Source: Acutalibacteraceae bacterium
GTDB lineage: Bacteria; Bacillota; Clostridia; Oscillospirales; Acutalibacteraceae
NCBI GenBank assembly: GCA_045533205.1
Contig: JAZSHL010000047.1
Location: forward strand, 39,027-103,026
Reading direction: 5' to 3'
Length of the DNA: 64,000 nucleotides
Of this stretch, positions 4,787 to 11,330 are shown piece by piece. Within the stretch, counting starts at the first letter, position 1, and every line of letters begins with the position of its first letter. The notes under the pieces were generated by a model that was not told the origin of the DNA, did not search any database, and worked only from the letters and a program-made list of their open reading frames with translations. The position numbers and the translations under genes are program-made.

Positions 4787-5937
4787 TAGCGACCGACCAC
4801 CTTTCTAACAACAGCAAAAACAAGAAGAAAGATAAAACAGGCATTTAAAATAGGTACGGCATCAAAAAATGTATTAATTATAGATGTGCCTTGCTCAATA
4901 TAAACCGATACAGAATCAAGTGTATCCTCAAGCGTTAAAACGAAATCACCGGTACGTGAGGCATTCTCATTAATAAATAAATCAATATCAGTCAAAACAC
5001 CGCCGCTAAAATATTCTTCTCTTTCAGGCTTAGTTTCCTGAAAATACAACATGTAATTTATAAGCTTATCAAAGAAAGCACCAATCTGAGCAGGAATGTC
5101 TTTTATACTCTGCCAGATGCCTTTCTGTGTTTCCTGTTCCTGTTGATCTACTGTAGGCGGGACGAAAGTTTCACAGTAAATAGTTGTTGAAGCCGCATCA
5201 TTATAAAAGAATCGACCACTCTGAAAACCGACTTGATTATCTACAGTAAAATAACAATTTTCATTTGAAGATTGAAGAGGAAAGTTAACAGACGTTACAT
5301 TACCGACTCTGACACCGTTACCACCATAAAAGTAAAAATCATAAGTTGATGTCGGATAAGCAAATGTAGAAGTATAGGCCATAACCTTAGAAACACCTTC
5401 AGCACCATAAGAAGTCGGCTGAAGCTTTACCCAATCACTTGTAGCTTCATAAGTTTCAGCGTTAAAATAACAACGATAACAGGCAGAATTACTGTAAAAA
5501 TATTCAGATACACAAACTCTCATACGGTCATTTTTAAGATCATAACCAAGACCGCAATTAAAGCCGGCAATAACTACAACATCAGTTGCGCTTCTGACTC
5601 TGACAAGGACAAAAGGCATTTTATATGTCGCAGGATCAGTTGACTGCGCACCATCAAGTGACATATAAATAATTTCCTGTATGTATGAAGGAGCTTCAGA
5701 CCATGGCAGCTTCTTTGGATCAAAATTAGGATAATTCTTCTCAGGTGATAAAAGCGTTACAGGGCCCGACATAAGAGGATCAGAATAGCCGGAAGGTAAA
5801 GCATATGAAACACCGTCATATACATAACCGTATTCAAATAAATCATCAACAGAAAAAGCTGAAACTGAACCAAAAAAAGACAACGAGAGCATAACAGAAC
5901 AAACAATAAAAATAATTATTTTCTTTGCTGTTTTCAT
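4786..5937 (-). CDS. pIII-like candidate adsorption or minor coat protein: signal peptide plus C-terminal membrane anchor.
   Basis: 383 aa. Signal peptide MKTAKKIIIFIVCSVMLSLSFFGSVSA/FS. C-terminal helix ILNACFIFLLVFAVV followed by RKVVGR. It is the largest ORF of the module. Confidence 0.6.
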   Translation of the reverse strand: MKTAKKIIIFIVCSVMLSLSFFGSVSAFSVDDLFEYGYVYDGVSYALPSGYSDPLMSGPVTLLSPEKNYPNFDPKKLPWSEAPSYIQEIIYMSLDGAQSTDPATYKMPFVLVRVRSATDVVVIAGFNCGLGYDLKNDRMRVCVSEYFYSNSACYRCYFNAETYEATSDWVKLQPTSYGAEGVSKVMAYTSTFAYPTSTYDFYFYGGNGVRVGNVTSVNFPLQSSNENCYFTVDNQVGFQSGRFFYNDAASTTIYCETFVPPTVDQQEQETQKGIWQSIKDIPAQIGAFFDKLINYMLYFQETKPEREEYFSGGVLTDIDLFINENASRTGDFVLTLEDTLDSVSVYIEQGTSIINTFFDAVPILNACFIFLLVFAVVRKVVGR

Positions 5938-5981
5938 GTTATGCCCCCATTGTCAAAAAAGGATGATAGGATAAAGAGAAA

Positions 5982-6263
5982 TTATGTTTTTACAGGTTTA
6001 AATCCAACAATACGAGGTTTTTCATCTTTCTTAACACCAGTAAAATGAAATATCCACTCGTAATAAGCGTTACACTGAATAGTGTTAGGAATTTTAGCAT
6101 TGCCATCACGGAAAAACTTTGATCCTGCTAACTTACCTGTTGTAGGATAAGGATCTGTAGGATCAGGATCAGTAAGAAAATAAATCATCTTACCATGGAC
6201 AGTCTTGCTTTCATTGTCTCTATCAGGAAAAGACATACTTGTTACACCTACGATTTCAAACAT
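5982..6263 (-). CDS. Hypothetical soluble 93-aa protein. Size and position fit a ssDNA-binding protein, but no motif was recognised.
   Basis: ORF track, SD GAAAGAAGG, no TM segment. Confidence 0.5.
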   Translation of the reverse strand: MFEIVGVTSMSFPDRDNESKTVHGKMIYFLTDPDPTDPYPTTGKLAGSKFFRDGNAKIPNTIQCNAYYEWIFHFTGVKKDEKPRIVGFKPVKT

Positions 6264-6287
6264 AAAAAAAACCTTCTTTCTAAAAAC

Positions 6288-6299
6288 TTTGTAGGATTT
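6288..6299. repeat. Exact 12-nt copy (TTTGTAGGATTT) of the right half of operator IR2.
   Basis: 6288-6299 is identical to 6615-6626. It lies between ORFs 6309..6548 and 5982..6263. Confidence 0.6.
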
Positions 6300-6308
6300 T
6301 TATTTATA

Positions 6309-6548
6309 TCAACCGTCGTCACGGTTAATAATCGAATCAACATAATCTGTAAGCTCTTTAGCTGATTTATCAACACGCTTCTTCAATACATAACGCTTTA
6401 TTGTTCGTGATATATCATCAACGACATTAATTAAGGAAGCAATAATAACACCACCAACGAAACCCGCAAAAACAAAAAAAGCCGCAACAAATGCAGGTAT
6501 TGAATTAAAATAAGCATTAACTGCATCTAAATCAGGTACATAATCCAT
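6309..6548 (-). CDS. Hypothetical single-TM 79-aa protein, the first gene of the minus-strand phage operon.
   Basis: ORF track, SD GAGGTGA. Hydrophobic helix IPAFVAAFFVFAGFVGGVIIASLI. Confidence 0.5.
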   Translation of the reverse strand: MDYVPDLDAVNAYFNSIPAFVAAFFVFAGFVGGVIIASLINVVDDISRTIKRYVLKKRVDKSAKELTDYVDSIINRDDG

Positions 6549-6577
6549 TTTTTTTTCACCTCAAATATTTTTTCAGA

Positions 6578-6652
6578 ACACTACAAAATGTAGTGTCTAT
6601 ATATTATCCTACTTTTTGTAGGATTTCAACCCCTTAAACTACATTTTGTAGT
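6578..6652. promoter_or_regulatory. Operator array of three palindromes sharing a CTAC...GTAG core.
   Basis: IR1 ACACTACA-AAA-TGTAGTGT (6578-6596). IR2 TCCTAC-TTTTT-GTAGGA (6607-6623). IR3 ACTACA-TTT-TGTAGT (6638-6652). All lie in the divergent gap between the XRE repressor and the phage operon. Confidence 0.6.
6601..6629 (-). promoter_or_regulatory. Promoter of the minus-strand phage operon: TTGAAA, 17 nt, TAATAT.
   Basis: Minus-strand TTGAAA at 6629-6624 and TAATAT at 6606-6601. The 17-nt spacer is exactly IR2. Confidence 0.5.
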
Positions 6653-6680
6653 ATTGTACAAATATAAGGGGGTGCAAACT

Positions 6681-6905
6681 ATGGATTATAGACAAAAATT
6701 TAAAAACTTAAGAATTGATAATGATTTAAAACAAGAAGACATAGCAAAAATTTGCAATGTATCAGATGCAACAGTTGGACACTGGGAAACGAAAAGAAGA
6801 GACATGAAAATTGATAGCATTATAAAACTATGTATTTTTTATAATGTGTCACCAGAATACATTTTTGGATTTACAAAAGAACAAAAACCATTACCTAAAA
6901 AATAA
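6681..6905 (+). CDS. XRE-family helix-turn-helix repressor (cI/Cro-like).
   Basis: MDYRQKFKNLRIDNDLKQEDIAKICNVSDATVGHWETKRRDMKIDSIIKLCIFYNVSPEYIFG. SD AAGGGGGTG lies 6 nt upstream of the ATG at 6681. The track start, TTG at 6654, is less likely. Confidence 0.8.
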   Translation: MDYRQKFKNLRIDNDLKQEDIAKICNVSDATVGHWETKRRDMKIDSIIKLCIFYNVSPEYIFGFTKEQKPLPKK

Positions 6906-6968
6906 TTTTGTTACTTTTTGTGATTCTGAAGATACAACTGTAAGAACATAAAAGAGGAGATAAGAAAA

Positions 6969-7277
6969 ATGAAAAATCAACCAAAAAACAAATATGATGA
7001 AATGATTGACGAGCTAATACAATGGGAAAAGAAAGAAATCAGAAAAATTAAATTAACAGGCCTAATCTTTATAACAATCGGACTTGTATTTCTTATCTTG
7101 TTATTCACACATGACGAAGGTAACAAATTAATATATTTATTGGCAACACTCGGATTTATAGGAATTGGAACAAAGTTCGAAGAGGGAAAAAGAAAAGAAA
7201 TACGAAAATATGTAAACAGACAAATCAGAACAATTGAAGATGAACAAATGAGAGACTACTTAAGAAAACAAAAATAA
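6969..7277 (+). CDS. Hypothetical two-TM membrane protein downstream of the repressor.
   Basis: 102 aa, SD AGAGGAGA. Helices LTGLIFITIGLVFLILLF and LIYLLATLGFIGIG. Confidence 0.55.
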   Translation: MKNQPKNKYDEMIDELIQWEKKEIRKIKLTGLIFITIGLVFLILLFTHDEGNKLIYLLATLGFIGIGTKFEEGKRKEIRKYVNRQIRTIEDEQMRDYLRKQK

Positions 7278-7299
7278 GAGAGCCGTCACAGGCTCTCTT
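7276..7299. terminator. Bidirectional hairpin between the convergent genes 6969..7277 and 7286..7510.
   Basis: Stem AAGAGAGCC/GGCTCTCTT (9 bp), 6-nt loop, T-rich runs on both strands. Confidence 0.45.
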
Positions 7300-7510
7300 T
7301 GTTGTTATAACTTTTGTTAATGCAATAACCTAAATCACATAACACACACCTTAATAATGCAGTAACAACATATTTAGGCGGTGTACGTGATCCCGAAGAC
7401 CAAGAACACAAAGTACGGTAAGGAACATCATAATGAACGGAAAATTCAAACAAAGAATAACGAGATAAAATTATAACATCACGAATTGTAGTTTCAGTTT
7501 TATTATTCAT
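7286..7510 (-). CDS. Small helix-turn-helix protein (XRE-like).
   Basis: MNNKTETTIRDVIILSRYSLFEFSVHYDVPYRTLCSWSSGSRTPPKYVVTALL... SD AGGAGGG precedes the ATG at 7510. The track start, GTG at 7540, lies inside the repeats. Confidence 0.55.
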   Translation of the reverse strand: MNNKTETTIRDVIILSRYSLFEFSVHYDVPYRTLCSWSSGSRTPPKYVVTALLRCVLCDLGYCINKSYNNKESL

Positions 7511-7529
7511 AAACCCTCCTGCGCTTGAA

Positions 7530-7561
7530 ACAATGTGCACCTAAAGGAACACATTGTGCAC
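7530..7561. repeat. Two 11-nt direct repeats, ACAATGTGCAC and ACATTGTGCAC, spaced 21 bp apart. Each contains the palindrome GTGCAC.
   Basis: 7530-7540 and 7551-7561, identical at 10 of 11 positions, immediately upstream of the small HTH gene. Confidence 0.6.
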
Positions 7562-7619
7562 TACGTTAAATTTCGTAAACAATAAATAAAAAAATTTAAA
7601 ATGTAAAATAAAGCAGTTA

Positions 7620-7647
7620 TTTTGTATAGTTGTTTATTATGTAAATT
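7620..7647 (+). other. Weak dif-like site in which only the XerD-arm half matches.
   Basis: TTATGTAAATT (7637-7647) matches the B. subtilis dif XerD arm TTATGTAAACT at 10 of 11 positions. The left arm does not match (2 of 11). Confidence 0.15.
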
Positions 7648-7684
7648 GCATATTATCGCCTGATATATTTTTTTGAAAAGTTTT

Positions 7685-7712
7685 TTGCTTGCAATTAATT
7701 ATACAATATAAT
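7685..7712 (+). promoter_or_regulatory. Candidate promoter for the ABC-F gene: TTGCTT, 16 nt, TATAAT.
   Basis: Hexamers at 7685-7690 and 7707-7712. Confidence 0.35.
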
Positions 7713-7793
7713 TCCTCACCCTGACTTATATTAACCTTGTAAAATTTTATTTATTGTGATATCATATATGAAAAATGTTTAAGGGTTGATCAG

Positions 7794-9716
7794 ATGCAGA
7801 TAAAAGTTCAGAACGGAGTTGTTGATCTTTCCGGTGAACCTGTGTTGAAAAAAGTTAATATAGAGATAAACACTGAAAGTAAAATTGGTATTGTAGGAAG
7901 AAACGGCTGCGGCAAAACAACATTGTTAAGACTTCTTTCCGGTGAGCTCAAAATTTCTAAGGATACACCTACGGAGCTTAACAGTCAATTTATTGTTTCG
8001 GGTAAGCCGACAATCGGTGCATTGAATCAGATGGCTTTTAAAGATAACAGCGTTTTGCTGATTGATGAAATTAGAAGTGCATATTCAGATTTACTTTCTA
8101 TGCAGAAAAGGCTGTCTGATTTGCAGCAGCAAATGGAAAGCTCTTCTGCTCAGGAAGATATTATTTCTGAGTACTCTACCCTCTTGGATCGATTCACAAA
8201 TTGTGGCGGATTCTATTTCGAAAAGGAATACGAGGCGGCGATTAAGCGGTTTGGCTTCACTAATGAAGAAAAATATAAGCCCTTGTCTGACTTTTCCGGT
8301 GGACAAAGAACAAAAATCGCATTTCTGAAGCTTCTTTTGTCAAAGCCTGACTTGCTTTTGCTTGATGAGCCGACCAATCATCTTGACCTTGACGCTGTCA
8401 CCTGGCTTGAGGAATATTTATCTACGTATAAAAAAGCAGTTGTAATAGTATCTCATGACCGAATGTTTCTTGATAAAACAGTAACTACAATATACGAGAT
8501 TGAGCACGGTAAAACATATAAATATGACGGTAATTATTCAAGCTTTGCTAAGCAGAAGGAGCTTGTCCGTGAACAGCAAGCAAAGGATTATGAGGCCCAG
8601 CAGAAGGAAATTGCCAAGCTTAACGAACTGATTGAGCGATTCAGATACAAAGCTACCAAGGCTGCTATGGTACAGTCTAAAATAAAGTATCTTGAAAGAA
8701 TGGAGTTAATTGAGCCGCCTGACAAATTTGATTTAAAGCAGTTTCATGCTGATTTCGAGCCTGATATGAGGTCTGTAAACGATGTTTTAACCGTCAGGGA
8801 TCTTGAGATAGGATATACTCACGTTATCTCAAAATTATCATTTAATGTGCGCAGAGGTCAGCATGTCGGTATTATTGGCGGCAACGGAAAAGGCAAATCG
8901 ACACTTCTCAAAACAATTGTCGGCGCTATCCCGAAAATTTCAGGCTCGTATATTATCGGCGGTAATGTCAGAGTCGGATATTTTGATCAGCAAATGGCAC
9001 AGTATTCAAGCAATCTGACACTTCTTGATGATTTCATGAATGAATTTCCATCTATTACCACTTTCGAAGCCAGAAGTGCGCTCGGAGCCTTTTTGTTCAG
9101 TGGTGACGATGTTTTTAAAACTGTTGATATGCTTTCCGGCGGTGAAAAGGTCAGACTTGCCTTGTGTAAGCTGTTTAAGCACAAGCCGAACTTCCTGATT
9201 CTTGACGAGCCGACGAATCATATGGATATTGTCGGCAAGGAAACTCTTGAAAATATTCTTACAAATTACAGCGGCACCTTGCTTTTTGTTTCACATGACA
9301 GATATTTTGTCAATAAGGTCGCACATCATGTTTTATCCTTTGAGAATAATGATGTCAATTGGTATGAATACGGTTATGCTGATTATGTTGAAAAACAAAG
9401 CAAGCTCTCCTCCCCTTCTCCGGCTGATTCAACAGAGTCAATCAATGTTGCCGCTGAAAAGACGCCCAAGAAAAGCTATACTACCCCTTTGAAAGAAAAA
9501 TCAAGAAGGGAAAGAGCTCTTAAAAAGAGTGAAGAGCTTATTGAGTCACTTGAAGCGGAGCTGACACAGCTGCAAGATGAAATTCAAAAGGAAGAAAACA
9601 TAAGCGACTATATTAAACTTGAACAGCTGCAAAAAGCTATTGCAGACACAAGCACAAGGCTTGAGCTGGCAATGGAGGAATGGGAAATTTTAGCAGTTGA
9701 AAATGAATCTGAATAA
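7794..9716 (+). CDS. ABC-F family ATPase: two ABC domains, no TM segment, C-terminal coiled coil.
   Basis: Walker A GRNGCGKTT and GGNGKGKST. Signatures LSGGQRTK and LSGGEKVR. Both followed by LLLDEPTNHLD / LILDEPTNHMD. Confidence 0.85.
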   Translation: MQIKVQNGVVDLSGEPVLKKVNIEINTESKIGIVGRNGCGKTTLLRLLSGELKISKDTPTELNSQFIVSGKPTIGALNQMAFKDNSVLLIDEIRSAYSDLLSMQKRLSDLQQQMESSSAQEDIISEYSTLLDRFTNCGGFYFEKEYEAAIKRFGFTNEEKYKPLSDFSGGQRTKIAFLKLLLSKPDLLLLDEPTNHLDLDAVTWLEEYLSTYKKAVVIVSHDRMFLDKTVTTIYEIEHGKTYKYDGNYSSFAKQKELVREQQAKDYEAQQKEIAKLNELIERFRYKATKAAMVQSKIKYLERMELIEPPDKFDLKQFHADFEPDMRSVNDVLTVRDLEIGYTHVISKLSFNVRRGQHVGIIGGNGKGKSTLLKTIVGAIPKISGSYIIGGNVRVGYFDQQMAQYSSNLTLLDDFMNEFPSITTFEARSALGAFLFSGDDVFKTVDMLSGGEKVRLALCKLFKHKPNFLILDEPTNHMDIVGKETLENILTNYSGTLLFVSHDRYFVNKVAHHVLSFENNDVNWYEYGYADYVEKQSKLSSPSPADSTESINVAAEKTPKKSYTTPLKEKSRRERALKKSEELIESLEAELTQLQDEIQKEENISDYIKLEQLQKAIADTSTRLELAMEEWEILAVENESE

Positions 9717-9721
9717 AAAAT

Positions 9722-9753
9722 CCGGTAAACACTGCTTGTTTACCGGATTTTTT
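9722..9753 (+). terminator. Intrinsic terminator of the ABC-F gene.
   Basis: Perfect 10-bp stem CCGGTAAACA/TGTTTACCGG, 5-nt loop, then ATTTTTT. Confidence 0.8.
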
Positions 9754-9769
9754 ATGATTCTCTAAAGCA

Positions 9770-9814
9770 TAAAATAACACTGCTGATTTGCACATTAATC
9801 ATGTAAATCAGCAG
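9770..9814 (-). terminator. Intrinsic terminator of the minus-strand gene 9830..10333.
   Basis: Stem CTGCTGATTT/AAATCAGCAG with inner ACAT/ATGT pairing. A T-rich run follows on the minus strand. Confidence 0.55.
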
Positions 9815-9829
9815 CAAAATTGTTTGATA

Positions 9830-10333
9830 TTATATTCCGATGGCGCCTAAAAGTCCATATGACAAAATGGATATAATTATTCCGGCGATGAACACTCCGA
9901 CGGAGATTGTCGGTAACGAATGCTTGATTCTGATGTCAAGCAAATCTGCGATCAGAGCGCCTGTCCATGCACCTGTACCGGGCAATGGGATTGCAACAAA
10001 AAACAGCAAACCCCAAAGCCTGTATTTCTTAACTCCATCTGCTTTTCTTATTGAACGTGCTTCAAGCCTTTCAATAACCTTATTGATTTTTCTGATTTTT
10101 TTTAACCAATTGAATATTTTTCTTATGAAAAGAAGAATAAACGGTATAGGCAACATATTGCCAATAAAACAAATCACAAAGGCTCTGAAAAACTCAATGT
10201 CAAGCAGCTTTGCAGCAATAAGACCGCCTCTGAGTTCGAGAACAGGAAGCATTGATACAATAAAAACAATCAACTCTGATGCAATCTTCCCTTCAAGGTT
10301 GCCGACAATATATTCAGTAATAGCTTCACTCAT
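9830..10333 (-). CDS. Small membrane protein of the putative small multidrug export family.
   Basis: LPVLELRGGLIAA motif and 4-5 TM helices. The ATG at 10333 follows GGAGG. The track start at 10363 overlaps the upstream gene. Confidence 0.5.
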   Translation of the reverse strand: MSEAITEYIVGNLEGKIASELIVFIVSMLPVLELRGGLIAAKLLDIEFFRAFVICFIGNMLPIPFILLFIRKIFNWLKKIRKINKVIERLEARSIRKADGVKKYRLWGLLFFVAIPLPGTGAWTGALIADLLDIRIKHSLPTISVGVFIAGIIISILSYGLLGAIGI

Positions 10334-10334
10334 G

Positions 10335-11075
10335 TTATGCCTCCGTACTGATAAGCTTGTCAACCGTAAGCTTAGCTTCGTTGAGAATCAGTTTATCGTT
10401 TTCATAATTAAGTGTTTTCAGCGCATCCTGGAAATTAAACCATCCACATTCTTCAATTTCTTCGACCTGAAGGTTGTATTCTGTATTCTTTGTTTTAGCA
10501 AGAAAAATCGACACAGATTTTTCAATTTTGCCCTGGATAGTGTACTCTGACTTTTTCACAAAACCGGGTATAATTTCGATGTTTATGCCGGTTTCCTCAA
10601 GAACCTCTCTGATTGCAGTTTCTTCATCAGTTTCACCAGGCTCAACATGTCCCTTCGGAAAGCCCCAATGTGCACTTCGTTTGTTCCTGATGAGAAGATA
10701 CATCGGAGTGTTGTTTTCCTCTCTGAACACAACTGCGCCACATGACCTTTCAAAGAAGCACTCAATATTATATGAGTTTTTGCCTTCGGCGAATTCAACA
10801 GCCTGCTTAATGTCATTTACAATGAATCGTGTGCTTTTCGGTGCAACAACCCAGACAATACCCTTACAACCGTGCCTTTTAATAATGGCAATAACACGTC
10901 CGTCAAAGTTTCTGACAGGATGATTAATGCCCATAATATATGCACACTGAACGGATTTCTTCCGATTTTTCGGAGATTCAATGACACCGTAGTTCAGCAT
11001 ATATTTAAAGCCGAATCTGTTGTTGTATGAGTACATAGGGGAGGTTACACGTACCTTTACAAATTTACCTAACAT
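10335..11075 (-). CDS. Nudix hydrolase with an N-terminal pyrophosphatase-like domain.
   Basis: Nudix box GHVEPGETDEETAIREVLEETG. N-terminal LNYGVIES...DGRVIAIIKRHG...VWVVAP resembles the inorganic-pyrophosphatase fold. Confidence 0.7.
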   Translation of the reverse strand: MLGKFVKVRVTSPMYSYNNRFGFKYMLNYGVIESPKNRKKSVQCAYIMGINHPVRNFDGRVIAIIKRHGCKGIVWVVAPKSTRFIVNDIKQAVEFAEGKNSYNIECFFERSCGAVVFREENNTPMYLLIRNKRSAHWGFPKGHVEPGETDEETAIREVLEETGINIEIIPGFVKKSEYTIQGKIEKSVSIFLAKTKNTEYNLQVEEIEECGWFNFQDALKTLNYENDKLILNEAKLTVDKLISTEA

Positions 11076-11263
11076 TGGTATCCCCTTTTACAAAATGTAA
11101 CTGTCTAACAGAGAAAAGGTTAACCCTTTTAAATACAGCTACACAGAATAATATGGATACATTATACTTCACCTTGACTAATATTTCAATAGATATTGTC
11201 AAAAAAATATTATAAGAAAATAATTCAAAAATATAATTTATTTGTAAACTATGTATTTTTTTG

Positions 11264-11292
11264 TTGTTATTTAATTAAAGATGTGATATAAT
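11264..11292 (+). promoter_or_regulatory. Promoter for the plus-strand HAD/HD/membrane/TetR gene group: TTGTTA, 17 nt, TGaTATAAT.
   Basis: TTGTTA at 11264-11269 and the extended -10 TGATATAAT ending at 11292. Confidence 0.45.
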
Positions 11293-11330
11293 TCAAAATG
11301 ATTAATTTTAGAATGGATTGATATGCACAA

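Larger units (their letters stand above)
1..7561 (-). mobile_element. Integrated filamentous-phage-like (inovirus-type) prophage. The left part continues beyond the window start. The right boundary lies somewhere between 7511 and 7793.
   Basis: HUH Rep, Zot/pI-like ATPase, a run of 45-80 aa transmembrane ORFs, two proteins with signal peptide plus C-terminal anchor, and a divergent XRE repressor. No ORF is large enough for a capsid, terminase or tail protein. Lower GC than the flanking core genes (spot counts 18/60 vs 26/60). Confidence 0.7.

Noticed and set aside
7768-7782. Four-codon upstream ORF (ATG AAA AAT GTT TAA) just before the ABC-F gene, considered as a leader peptide for ribosome-mediated attenuation as in antibiotic-resistance ABC-F genes.
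   Set aside because: It has no SD. There is no terminator or anti-terminator hairpin between it and the main start. The 640-aa size with a C-terminal coiled coil looks more like a housekeeping ABC-F.
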